Numbered from the stretch's first letter, positions 47,826 through 57,309 are shown. The stretch is DNA of 64,000 nt from Vulcanimicrobiota bacterium (GCA_963733295.1 CAVTCS010000003.1:1120001-1184000); one strand, 5' to 3'. Program-made: numbers and translations. The notes: generated by a model from the letters alone, not told the origin.

Positions 47826-47875
47826 GCCGTTGATCGAACGCCTCCGGCGTCGCGGCTGCTCTGACTCGCGAGCGG

Positions 47876-48769
47876 TTATTGACGGTCGCCGAAGAGTTGT
47901 CCTAAGACGCCGCCGACGTTGCTCTGGCCGCCCTGTTGTTGAGGGCCTTCGCGTTGCGGCTCGTGGTAGGTCATCGATTGGAGACCGATGCGGCCCGGGC
48001 CATAGAACCGGTTGAGTGTTAGCGAAGCGCCGCCGACGAGCGCGCCGAGCGCACCCATCAACCCGCCGCTGCCCTGCGACTGCAGCGCCGAGACGGTGTC
48101 CATCCGCACATTCGCATCTTTCCAGAGCCAGGCGCCGGGTTCGACGTCGAGCATCTCGCCCGGTTGAAGCGTCTTCTCGAAGACGTTCCCATAGCCGTGA
48201 AGCAACACAATGCCTTCGCCTTGTTGGGCGATAAAGCGATCGATGAAAAGGCCGGTGCGGGAGAAGAAGACGTTGGCGAGGCCGGTCTGCCAGTAGAAGT
48301 CGTACGCGACGTTACTCGTGGCCAGCAAGAACTGATGCTCGCGCACGTCGATTGACTGACCCGGTGCGAGCCGCATCGCGACGATCTGTCCGGGTGCCTC
48401 GCGCGAAAACGAGATGTTTCCTGGCCCTTTTGCGGTCGAGATAAAGATCTGCAAGCCCGCAAAGAAACGCTTACCCGCGTTCTTGAGGTTCATGAACCCG
48501 AGCGTAACGTTCGGCTGCTTCCAGAGCAGGATGTGGTGCTCGAAGTAGACCGTCTGCTGCGAACCGAGTTCGACGTCGACGACCGGGACGAGCTCGCCCT
48601 CGATCTTGATCGACATATCGCCGAGAACGATCGGCTCCTTGGGGTTGTCGCTCTCCGGTACCGGCTCTTGGTACGAGCCGACCTGCGTGGCTTGCGGCGC
48701 GGGGGCTCCGCAATTCGGGCAAAAGCGTGCACCGGGCTCGAGCGGTGTCTGACAGGACGGGCAGTTCAT
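47876..48769 (-). CDS. AIM24 family protein with N-terminal zinc ribbon
   Basis: CPSC...FCPNCG; G-x-G-x-ISFS, LLHGYGNVFEK, GPGRIGLQSM; SD GGAGG. Confidence 0.82.
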   Translation of the reverse strand: MNCPSCQTPLEPGARFCPNCGAPAPQATQVGSYQEPVPESDNPKEPIVLGDMSIKIEGELVPVVDVELGSQQTVYFEHHILLWKQPNVTLGFMNLKNAGKRFFAGLQIFISTAKGPGNISFSREAPGQIVAMRLAPGQSIDVREHQFLLATSNVAYDFYWQTGLANVFFSRTGLFIDRFIAQQGEGIVLLHGYGNVFEKTLQPGEMLDVEPGAWLWKDANVRMDTVSALQSQGSGGLMGALGALVGGASLTLNRFYGPGRIGLQSMTYHEPQREGPQQQGGQSNVGGVLGQLFGDRQ

Positions 48770-48884
48770 GAGTGCCTCCGGCTCGGGCAGAAAAAAGAGC
48801 GACGAATCGTTACGAATGTCGGCTACTTGGACCGCGCACCTGAGTTTCGCCGAGCTGGCCCGCGTGGCTCCTTTTGTGACGGGT

Positions 48885-49850
48885 TTAGCTGCGGTCGCGA
48901 GGATGGGCTTTATCGAACTGCTCGAGCAGCCGCTGCTTCGAGACTTTCGTGTAGACCTGGGTCGTCGCCAGGCTTTCGTGGCCGAGCAGTTCCTTGATGA
49001 CGAGCAGGTCTGCACCATTTTCGTACAAGTGGGTGGCGAAGGAATGCCGCATCGTGTGCGGCGAGGCGTGGGACCGGATGCCGCTCACCGCGAGAAAGAT
49101 CCGGAAGATCTTGTAGATGCCCGATTGGCTGAGGCGCAGTCCCCCGCGCCCGACGAAGAAAGCGCTTTCGGGCGTGCGCGGCCGGTGGCCCAAATAGGCT
49201 CGCATCGCGTCGCTTGCCGCAGTCGTCATGAGGACGGTCCGGTCTCGGTTGCCCTTGCCGGCGACGACGCGGATCTCGCGCCGGTCGAGATCGACGTCTT
49301 CGAGGTTGAGGTTGAGCAGCTCGGTGCGGCGCAGCCCGGTGCCGTAGAGCGTTTCGAGAATCGCACGATCCCGCAGCCGTTGGAAGTCGGTGCGCCCGGC
49401 GAGAGTCGTGTTGAGCAGCTTGGTGATCTCCTCGGGCTTGAGAGCCTTGGGAAGCGGCCGCCCGATCTTCGGTCCCTCGATCTCGAGCGCCGGATTGGTC
49501 TTGCACAAGCCCTTGAGTTTGACGAATTTGTAAAAGGTGCGCAGCGCCGAGAGCTTGCGCTGGACCGAGCGGGCCGAGTACGCCCGCGAGCTGCGCAGCG
49601 AGCCCACGTAGGCCCCCACGGCTGCGCTCGTGGCGCGGGCCAGCGGATAGGGCGGCGCGAGCCGCTTACCGGGCTTCGCGCCGTCGTCGAAGCCTTTGAG
49701 GAACGATCCGAAGTCTTCGAGGTCGCGCTGATATGCCACGATCGAGTTCGGACTGATGTTGCGTGCGTCCAAATAGCGCGCGAAGTCCGCAATCAACGGA
49801 TCGGTCGAGCGGAACGGTGCGGGCTCGTAACGGCGCCGGACTGTGCCCAT
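48885..49850 (-). CDS. XerC/XerD-type tyrosine recombinase
   Basis: SAM-like N-domain; LYGTGLR, GKGNRDR, HTMRHSFATHL, LLGH, TQVYT (R-K-H-R-H-Y set). Confidence 0.93.
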   Translation of the reverse strand: MGTVRRRYEPAPFRSTDPLIADFARYLDARNISPNSIVAYQRDLEDFGSFLKGFDDGAKPGKRLAPPYPLARATSAAVGAYVGSLRSSRAYSARSVQRKLSALRTFYKFVKLKGLCKTNPALEIEGPKIGRPLPKALKPEEITKLLNTTLAGRTDFQRLRDRAILETLYGTGLRRTELLNLNLEDVDLDRREIRVVAGKGNRDRTVLMTTAASDAMRAYLGHRPRTPESAFFVGRGGLRLSQSGIYKIFRIFLAVSGIRSHASPHTMRHSFATHLYENGADLLVIKELLGHESLATTQVYTKVSKQRLLEQFDKAHPRDRS

Positions 49851-49874
49851 TCGCCTCTCCTCACCTCAAACGTG

Positions 49875-49974
49875 AGGAACGATAAGGGGAATTTCCGTTA
49901 CTTTCGCTCAGTTGGGAATTGCGCCCTCCTGGTGCTTGGCGCGAAAGTACCGGAAATTCCGGGCTGGGTAACGG
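49875..49974. repeat. dif-like 11-6-11 site plus inverted repeat upstream of xer
   Basis: AGGAACGATAA-GGGGAA-TTTCCGTTACT (arms 8/11 dyad); 49888-49907 and 49941-49960 form a 19/20 inverted repeat; partial third copy GTAACGG at 49968. Confidence 0.6.
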
Positions 49975-50045
49975 TGGCGAAGATTGAGGGCGGACGGGGG
50001 ATTCGCGGGCAGGTTCAGGGCTGCGCCCTTCCCTGCTGGCGGCGA

Positions 50046-50978
50046 CTAGGCGTTGGTCGTGTGAGTCTGCCGGAGCAGTTCGTTTAGCGATTTGATTTGC
50101 TCGCGGTATGGTTCGCGAGCCCACGAGCGCTTAGGCTTGCCCGTCAGGGGCGTTGTGTCGAGGCGGTTTGAAATTGAGATGTCCTGGATCGCTGCGAACG
50201 TTCCCCTCGACACGCCGAAACGTTGCGCGACTTTCTCGGTGTCGAGAACGAGTTGGCCGATCGGTTCGAGGCGCATGCGGCGGTAGTGCGTTGCCGACAA
50301 CGTCGCTGATGACTCGATTCGGAAGCCGGATAGTGCTCCAGGGTGACGGGGTTTCTCCGCTATGGCGGCGTTGAGGACGAGTGGCCGGTACCAAGCGAGA
50401 TAGTCGAAGGCGTGGCCTCGATCGACGATGGCGAGCGCGCTCCAGCCGTCCTGAACCCAACGAAGGTATGCATATTCCTCGGAGTGGAGAGCGTTCAGGC
50501 TCTCGACCGACGGAGAATAGGGGTTGATGCATTCGTCGCTCGAGACCGGATAGGCGTAGACGCCGCCCAACTCAAGAACGAATTTTTGCGGCCTCTTCAG
50601 CGTTGGGCCGCGGGAGTTGGCCGGCGATTCGAGGCGCTCGCGAAATTCCTCGAGGTTGGCGGCGCGCTTTCGGAGATCGCGGTCGCTCATGCCGAGTGCG
50701 CGGCAGATTGCGATGTCGCTCCCGCTCCGAATTATGGCGAGCGCTTTCTCCTGCGCCTCGGCGCATGGGATTCCGCGGCGGTGCAGCTGATCGGCGACCA
50801 CCAGCCAGAAGGTTGAGTGTTCCTCATTTTGCTCGTTGGCGTCGGCCCCGTCCGCCGTCGAACGCACGATCGCGAGGATCTTCTCGCCGTCGAAGGGCAA
50901 CCGCGATACGGCTCGGATCGTCGACCGCAGGTCGAGGGCGAAGTCACCCGAGTAGAGGCCGGTTCCCCACATCCCCAT
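50046..50978 (-). CDS. Hypothetical protein, DUF4259-like N-terminus
   Basis: Starts MGMWGTGLYSGDFALD (G-x-WG-x-G...D-x-A-x-D); FWLVVADQL. Confidence 0.6.
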   Translation of the reverse strand: MGMWGTGLYSGDFALDLRSTIRAVSRLPFDGEKILAIVRSTADGADANEQNEEHSTFWLVVADQLHRRGIPCAEAQEKALAIIRSGSDIAICRALGMSDRDLRKRAANLEEFRERLESPANSRGPTLKRPQKFVLELGGVYAYPVSSDECINPYSPSVESLNALHSEEYAYLRWVQDGWSALAIVDRGHAFDYLAWYRPLVLNAAIAEKPRHPGALSGFRIESSATLSATHYRRMRLEPIGQLVLDTEKVAQRFGVSRGTFAAIQDISISNRLDTTPLTGKPKRSWAREPYREQIKSLNELLRQTHTTNA

Positions 50979-50993
50979 CGCGCCGGCGATCCG

Positions 50994-52577
50994 TTACGAA
51001 GCGACGAGTTCGGGTTCGCGTTCTTTGTGGGAGTAGAACGAGGCGTTGGTGCGGCCGGCGGCGGTTTCGCGGGCGAAGGTAATGAGGTGGTGGCTGACCA
51101 TGCCGATGTGGATCAGCGTTTCGAAGTCGCCCCGACGCAGTGCCTTACGCACCATTTTCCAGAACGTGGCGCGGTAGTCGCTGAGCACGCCGACGCGCAC
51201 GAAGAGCCGGCCCAGGATGCTCAAAGCGAATGCGATGTTCCGTGCGTTGACCCGCTGGCGGCTGTTCGGCGGCTTGATGCGGTTCGGGAATACATGGTCG
51301 ATGTGGTAGTCGAAGCGACGGTAGATCGCTTCGGGCAGGTAGGCCGCGGTGAAGGTCCGGCGCCACATCTCGACCACCTGATCGTAGGGCAGCTTGAAGT
51401 CGACGTTCGACTCCCGGCCGGGCTCGTCGATAAGCCGGCCTTCTGCTTGCAGCCGCCGATAGAGCGGCGTGCGCGGCAACGCCTGAAGCAGATTGATCGT
51501 CAGCAGCGGGATGTTCGAGAGCGCGACGAAGTCGAGGATCCGCTCGCCCGACTCCGGCGTGTCGCTGTCGAGTCCCATGATGATGCCCGAGACGACTTCC
51601 AAGCCGTAGCTGTGGATGATGTCGACCGCCTGCATGACCGGCATCATGTTGTTCTGATCTTTCGACATAGCGTGGAGCGCCGCCGGATCCGGCGTTTCGA
51701 TCCCGCAAAACACCGTGCAGAAATACGCTTCGCGCATCATCGCCAGCAGCTCGGGGCTTTTGGCGATGTTTAGCGTCGCTTCGCAGGCGAGCTGTACGGA
51801 GTAGCCGTTGCGCTTCTGCCATGCGATGAGATGCGGCAAGAGCTCCTTGGCCGCTTTGCGGTTGCCGACGAAGTTGTCGTCGACGAAATAGATCGCGCGC
51901 TCGCCGCCGTTCTGCAAGATCGCGTCGAGTTCGGCCACGACTTGCTCCGGCTTCTTGAGGCGCGGATTGCGACCGTAGAGTTCCGGGATGTCGCAGAACT
52001 CACAGCTGTACGGACATCCGCTCGAGAACTGGACGCTCCCGAGGAAGTACTGCGAGACGTCGATCAGATGATAGGCCGGAACCGGAAAATCGCCGAGCGG
52101 TAAGCGCTCCTTCGTCTCAAAGCGGACTTGCGAAGGCGGTCGCGCGACGCTGCCTTCGAGGCAGTCCACCAGCGCCTGCGTCGCATCCCCAAGCTCTCCC
52201 ACGTGCAGGTAGTCGAATTCCGGATAGTATTCCGGGCAGCCCGAAACCGAGGGGCCGCCGATCGCGGTAACCCGCCCCGCAGCGTGCGCGCGACGGTTTA
52301 TATCGTTGATCTGCTGCCGCTGGATGTGCATTCCGCTGACGAACACGACCTCGGCCCATTCCAAGTCGGCCGCGCGCGCCGGGCGGACGTTCTCGTCGAT
52401 GAAACGGACGTCCCACGCTTCGGGCAAGTAGGCGGCGATGACGAGGATGCCCTGCGGCGGCATGAAGGCCTTCGTGCCGACGAACGGGTACGCGTTCTCA
52501 AAGGTGCCGAACGATTTCGTGTAGCGCGGAAAGACGCACAGCACTCGTCTCGGCAGCGTCGCCTGTGCGCGCTTCAT
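50994..52577 (-). CDS. hpnP: Hopanoid C-2 methylase (B12-binding radical SAM)
   Basis: HpnP-type N-terminus LCVFPRYTKSFGTF...AFMPPQG, SGMHIQ, GGPSVS, HVGELGDAT; CPYSCEFC; within the hpn cluster. Start approximate. Confidence 0.9.
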   Translation of the reverse strand: MKRAQATLPRRVLCVFPRYTKSFGTFENAYPFVGTKAFMPPQGILVIAAYLPEAWDVRFIDENVRPARAADLEWAEVVFVSGMHIQRQQINDINRRAHAAGRVTAIGGPSVSGCPEYYPEFDYLHVGELGDATQALVDCLEGSVARPPSQVRFETKERLPLGDFPVPAYHLIDVSQYFLGSVQFSSGCPYSCEFCDIPELYGRNPRLKKPEQVVAELDAILQNGGERAIYFVDDNFVGNRKAAKELLPHLIAWQKRNGYSVQLACEATLNIAKSPELLAMMREAYFCTVFCGIETPDPAALHAMSKDQNNMMPVMQAVDIIHSYGLEVVSGIIMGLDSDTPESGERILDFVALSNIPLLTINLLQALPRTPLYRRLQAEGRLIDEPGRESNVDFKLPYDQVVEMWRRTFTAAYLPEAIYRRFDYHIDHVFPNRIKPPNSRQRVNARNIAFALSILGRLFVRVGVLSDYRATFWKMVRKALRRGDFETLIHIGMVSHHLITFARETAAGRTNASFYSHKEREPELVAS

Positions 52578-52712
52578 GACTTTCGAGGTGTGCCGCAAAC
52601 CACGCTCTCTCCTGCGCGGGCTGCCGGGAATCGAACGCGGGGGTTTGGGGTAAGCCTGCATCTAATGGAAAGAGCCAAGCCGCGGTGGAAGGGAACGGGC
52701 AAGAGCAAAGGG

Positions 52713-53786
52713 ATGGGAACGACAGGGGTGATCCGGCGCCATAAGCAGCCGGCAAAGGAACGTGCGGCGCTCGCCTTCGCAAAGGACATCATCGGGCGCG
52801 TTTCGCGCACGTTCGCCATCGGGATAACCGTGCTGCCCGGGGACCTCGGTAAGGCCGTCCTGACCGGCTACCTCCTCTGTCGCATCGCAGACACGATCGA
52901 GGACGACGGCTCGTGTCCGGCCCCGCGCCGGCAGGCGCTCCTGGCTCGTTTCCTGGCGTGCTTCGACGATCCGGCGGCCGCCGATCGGTTTGCCGCCGAA
53001 GCTTCGGACATCCAAGCGGACCCCTCCTACCTCGAGCTTGTGCGCGGAAGCGCGCTCGTCTTCGAACTCTGGCGCTCGCTCCCGCGGAAGAGCGGCGAAA
53101 TCGTTGCGCGCTGGACGCGCGAGTTGAGTCTCGGGATGAGCGAATTCGTCGGACTCTACCCCAAGGGCATTCGCATTCAAACGATGTCCGAATACCGGCG
53201 CTACTGCTACTACGTGGCCGGAACGGTCGGCCATCTCTTAACCGACCTCTTCTTCTATCACTCGCGCTCGGTCGGCGAGCGCGACTACGAGAAGTTGCTG
53301 GCGAACTGCGAAGCCTTCGGCGAGTTGCTGCAAAACGTCAATATCATCAAAGACATTCCGTGGGATGCCGAGCACGAGAACGCGGTCTACGTTCCGGAGG
53401 AGCTTCTGCGCAAACGCGGGAGCAGTCATCAACACATCCTCGACGGGGATTGGACCGCTCGCAATCACGAGGCGGTGGTCGAGATGGTCGCGCTCGCGAA
53501 GGAAGACCTCACCCGCTCGCTCGAGTACATCAAGGATATCCCGAAAACGGCGATACAGATCAGGCTCTTCTGCTTGCTGCCGGTCCTTTTCGCGGTGGCG
53601 ACCCTCCGCGAGATCGAGCGCTCGACCGCGATGCTTCAATCCGGCGGCGCCGTGAAGATTACGCGCGAAGAAGTCCGCTCGCTCATCCTAGCCGGTTCGG
53701 TTTCGACGGTCAGCAATAAGACGACGCGCTGGCTCGTCGCGAAAACGAGCCGCCAACGCTTTAATTTGGGGCTCGCCAAACCATAA
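52713..53786 (+). CDS. sqs: One-step squalene synthase (squalene/phytoene synthase family)
   Basis: VSRTFA flap, YLLCRIADTIEDD, YCYYVAGTVG, LQNVNIIKD. Start approximate. Confidence 0.82.
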   Translation: MGTTGVIRRHKQPAKERAALAFAKDIIGRVSRTFAIGITVLPGDLGKAVLTGYLLCRIADTIEDDGSCPAPRRQALLARFLACFDDPAAADRFAAEASDIQADPSYLELVRGSALVFELWRSLPRKSGEIVARWTRELSLGMSEFVGLYPKGIRIQTMSEYRRYCYYVAGTVGHLLTDLFFYHSRSVGERDYEKLLANCEAFGELLQNVNIIKDIPWDAEHENAVYVPEELLRKRGSSHQHILDGDWTARNHEAVVEMVALAKEDLTRSLEYIKDIPKTAIQIRLFCLLPVLFAVATLREIERSTAMLQSGGAVKITREEVRSLILAGSVSTVSNKTTRWLVAKTSRQRFNLGLAKP

Positions 53787-56302
53787 AGCGATTCCTCAGC
53801 ATCTCGGCGCTCGCGATCGACTACCCTTGGGCGACGATTGCGTTCTGGCTAGCCCTGTCCGTCGCCGGCGTGTTTTGTTTCCTCTCGCTCAAGCTCGCGC
53901 TCTTTCCGGACATCACGTTCCCCGTCGTCGTGGTGACCGCGCGCTCCGAGGCAATCGATCCCGCCACCAACGAGCGCACCGTTACGAATCCGCTCGAGAG
54001 CGTGCTCGGTGCGATCCCCGGCGTCTCGCGCATGCACTCGTTGACCTACCCGAAGTTTGCCGTCCTCGACTTGTCGTTCGACGTCGGCACGAGCCTGGAC
54101 GTCCGCGCGCAGCAGGTCCGGGACGCGCTTCGAACCGTGCAGCTCCCCGCGAATACGAGCCTCGAGGTGTCGCCTCAGAACTTCAACGAGACGGCCGTGG
54201 TTACGTATGCCGTCTATCAGGCGGGCAAAAGTCTGCCCCAGCTGGCGCGGATCGCCGAATACGACGTAGCGCCGTCACTCCGCGCGCTGCAGGGCGTCCT
54301 GAAGGTTTCGATCGTCGGGGGGACGCCCAGCGGCAGTAAGGCCTCCGCCTATCGCTACGACGGGCGCCCGGCGATCGGCATCAACGTCGTCAAGCAGGCC
54401 GGCGCGAACGCGCTCGACGTTGCTGAGTCTTGCGACGACGTGGTCGAATCGCTGCGTGCGAAACTGCACGACGTCACGCTCACGCGAGCCACCTCGCAAG
54501 CGACCTATATCCGCGACGCGAGCCGCGCGACCGAAGAGGCCCTGGCGCTGGCCATCGTGCTGGCGATTCTGGTGATTTGGCCGTTCCTCGGTGACGCGCG
54601 CGCCACCCTGATCTCGGCGTTCGCCATCCCGGTCTCGCTGCTCGGAACCGCCGTCGTGATGCGTCTCTTTCACTTCAACCTCGAGACGATCACCTTGCTC
54701 GCGCTCTCGCTCGTCGTCGGCGTGATCCTCGACGATGCCATCGTCGCCGTCGAAAACATCGTGCGCCACGTGGAAGCGGGCACCTCCCCGCGCGAAGCTG
54801 CGTTCGATGCGAATAAAGAGATCGGGCTGACGTTGGTCGCAGCCTCGCTCACGATCGTCGCGGTGTTCTTGCCGATCGGTTTGATGCGTGGAACGCTCGG
54901 GCAGTTCTTCCGTCCCTTTGGTCTCACGGCGTCGGCCGCGGTCCTGTTTTCGCTGCTCGCCGCGCGCACGCTCTCACCGAGTTTGGCCGCACTTTGGCTG
55001 CGCTCGCGCAAGGCACCGGCGGAGGAGGTCGATCCGAACCGCACCGGGCGCGCCTCCGGTTATCGTACCGTTCTGGATTGGGCTCTGACGCACCGCGCGA
55101 CCGTCGTCGCGCTCGCGTTCGGCACGGTATTCGCAGGGCTCGCGCTCATCCCGTTCATCCCGAAAGGCTTCATTCCGCATCTCGACCGCGGCGAGTTCCT
55201 CGTTACCTTTCAGACGCCGCTCGGAACCGAACTCTCCGACACGATCGCCATAGCCAAGCAGCTCGAGGATTCGGTGAAAGCGAATCCCAACGTCGGTTCG
55301 ATCTTCACGACGATCGGGGGCCGGCCCGGGCAGTCGAACGTCGGCGTTCTCGACGTGTACCTCAAGGCCAACCGGGACGCAAAAACGATCGACGTGGAGA
55401 ATGCGGCTCGCACCTCCCTGCCGGCGCTCGACGGCGTGCAAACCACGGTCGGTGACGTTCCGTTCGTCGGCAGCGACACTGCGAAGCCGGTTCAGTTCGC
55501 GCTGCTCGGCGCCGATCTGGACAACCTGCGCACCGTGTCCCTCCGGTTTCTGCACACCTTGCGCGACGTCACCGGCTTCGCCGACGTCAGCGCCACCGGT
55601 CTTTCCGACGGAACGCCCTTCAGTGCGGTCGAGCACGTCAACGGACGCCGTGCGGTCCAGATCACGGCCGATCTCTCGCACGATCTGGCGGTCGGCGACG
55701 CCAACGACGCCGTTGCAGCGCAGGCGCGCGCGACGCTGCCGCCGTCGGTCACGCTCGACTTCGGCGGTACCTCGGCGGACGCGGTGACGACTTTCCGCGA
55801 CTTCGGCATTGCGCTCACGCTCTCGGTCGTAGCGATCGTCGTCGTGCTTCTTCTTCTCTTCCGTTCGTGGGTGGATCCGCTGGTCATCAGCGTCGGCTTG
55901 CCGCTCTCGGTTTCGGGAGCGCTGTTCGCCCTCTGGATTACGCGCTCGCAGTTCGGACTGATCTCGATGATGGGATTGATCTTTCTGTTCGGACTCGTGA
56001 ACAAGAACGGGATCCTGCTCGTCGATCGCATCGAGCGGCTACGCCGGTCGGGTTTCGAGCGGGCCGAGGCGATCCAGGAGGCGGGCGCCCAGCGCTTGCG
56101 CCCGATCCTCATGACGTCGTCGGCGACGATTCTCGGCATGTTACCGATCGCACTCGGTTTCGGTGCGGGCGCCGAGTTACGCGCCCCGATGGCGACCGCG
56201 ATCATCGGCGGCTTGATCACCTCTACGCTTCTGACGTTGATCGTCGTACCGGTTGCATACACGCTCGTCGACGACGTGCGACAGCGCTTTCGGCGCGCGT
56301 GA
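53783..56302 (+). CDS. Compact AcrB-family RND permease (~839 aa)
   Basis: FPDITFP, VILDDAIVAVENI, FIPHLDRG, VNKNGILLVD, RLRPILMT. The conserved N-terminus (ISALAIDYPWATIAFW) runs upstream of the track's GTG at 53870 to an ATA at 53783. Confidence 0.88.
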   Translation: MKRFLSISALAIDYPWATIAFWLALSVAGVFCFLSLKLALFPDITFPVVVVTARSEAIDPATNERTVTNPLESVLGAIPGVSRMHSLTYPKFAVLDLSFDVGTSLDVRAQQVRDALRTVQLPANTSLEVSPQNFNETAVVTYAVYQAGKSLPQLARIAEYDVAPSLRALQGVLKVSIVGGTPSGSKASAYRYDGRPAIGINVVKQAGANALDVAESCDDVVESLRAKLHDVTLTRATSQATYIRDASRATEEALALAIVLAILVIWPFLGDARATLISAFAIPVSLLGTAVVMRLFHFNLETITLLALSLVVGVILDDAIVAVENIVRHVEAGTSPREAAFDANKEIGLTLVAASLTIVAVFLPIGLMRGTLGQFFRPFGLTASAAVLFSLLAARTLSPSLAALWLRSRKAPAEEVDPNRTGRASGYRTVLDWALTHRATVVALAFGTVFAGLALIPFIPKGFIPHLDRGEFLVTFQTPLGTELSDTIAIAKQLEDSVKANPNVGSIFTTIGGRPGQSNVGVLDVYLKANRDAKTIDVENAARTSLPALDGVQTTVGDVPFVGSDTAKPVQFALLGADLDNLRTVSLRFLHTLRDVTGFADVSATGLSDGTPFSAVEHVNGRRAVQITADLSHDLAVGDANDAVAAQARATLPPSVTLDFGGTSADAVTTFRDFGIALTLSVVAIVVVLLLLFRSWVDPLVISVGLPLSVSGALFALWITRSQFGLISMMGLIFLFGLVNKNGILLVDRIERLRRSGFERAEAIQEAGAQRLRPILMTSSATILGMLPIALGFGAGAELRAPMATAIIGGLITSTLLTLIVVPVAYTLVDDVRQRFRRA

Positions 56303-57297
56303 GCGCGCGGCGCGCTTTCCTCACCGGCGGGACCGGCTTCGTCGGCGCCAACCTCGCGCGTGCGTTGCTCGACGCGGGCTGGCAGGTGAAAGCACTGGTG
56401 CGCCCGGGCGGCGACCGGCGCAATCTCGAGGGTCTCGACGTCGAGCTCGTCGAGGGGGATCTCTTCACGCCGGGGCTCGCGAACTCGCTGCGCGGAAGCG
56501 ACGCGCTCTTTCACGTCGCGGCGCACTACAGTCTTTGGCAACGTGACCGCGCGAGCGTGCTGCGCGACAACGTCGAGGGAACGCGCGCGATCTTCCAAGC
56601 GGCGCGCGAGGCGAACGTCGCGCGCACGATCTACACGAGTTCCGTGGCGGCGATCGGCACCGATCGCGGCCGGATCTGCGACGAAACCCACCAGAGCGCG
56701 CCCGAAAGCTTGGTGGGTGCCTACAAGCTTTCGAAGTACCTCGCCGAGCAGGAAGCCAGGCTGGCGGTCGCCGGCGGGCAGGACGTCGTGATCGTCAACC
56801 CTACGACGCCGCTTGGAGCTTGGGACCGCAAACCGACCCCGACCGGCGAAATTCTCGTTCGCTTCTTGTCGGGGAAGATGCCCGTGCTGGTCGATACGGG
56901 CCTCAATTTCGTCGACGTCGCTGACGTCGTTCGGGGGCATCTCCTGGCCCTAGAGCGCGGCCGGAGCGGCGAGCGTTACATCCTCGGGAGCGAAAACCTC
57001 AGCCTCCGCCGCCTCCTGGAGCGCGTCGGGGCCTTTGCCGGCCGCCCCGTTCCGAAGCTGACCTTGCCGCGCTGGATTCCGCTCGGCTTCGCCTGGGTCG
57101 ATGAAAACATCTTGGCTCGCGTCGGGTTCGAGCCCTCAGTGCCCATCGACGGGGTACGTATGAGCAAGGATGCCATGTACTACGATTGGTCGAAGGCTAA
57201 GGCCCAGTTGGGTTACGCTCCCGGGCCGATCGATGGAGCGATTCGTGCGGCGATCGAGTGGTTCACCGCCAACGGCTACGTTTCTAAAGGGAGATAA
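56299..57297 (+). CDS. hpnA: Hopanoid-associated sugar epimerase
   Basis: TGGTGFVG, FHVAAHYSLW, YTSSVA, YKLSK, D-x-KPTPTG, VDTGLN; GTGA overlap. Confidence 0.9.
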   Translation: MSARRAFLTGGTGFVGANLARALLDAGWQVKALVRPGGDRRNLEGLDVELVEGDLFTPGLANSLRGSDALFHVAAHYSLWQRDRASVLRDNVEGTRAIFQAAREANVARTIYTSSVAAIGTDRGRICDETHQSAPESLVGAYKLSKYLAEQEARLAVAGGQDVVIVNPTTPLGAWDRKPTPTGEILVRFLSGKMPVLVDTGLNFVDVADVVRGHLLALERGRSGERYILGSENLSLRRLLERVGAFAGRPVPKLTLPRWIPLGFAWVDENILARVGFEPSVPIDGVRMSKDAMYYDWSKAKAQLGYAPGPIDGAIRAAIEWFTANGYVSKGR

Positions 57298-57309
57298 AAC
57301 GACCGCCCT

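Noticed and set aside
46665..50978. xer gene as a prophage/ICE integrase
   Set aside because: The protein is XerC/D-like, with no phage, conjugation or replication genes and no long att repeats nearby.
52614..52642. Minus-strand GTTCGATTCCCGG resembling a tRNA T-arm between hpnP and sqs
   Set aside because: The T-stem has a mismatch and there is no D-arm, anticodon arm or matching acceptor; too short to call.
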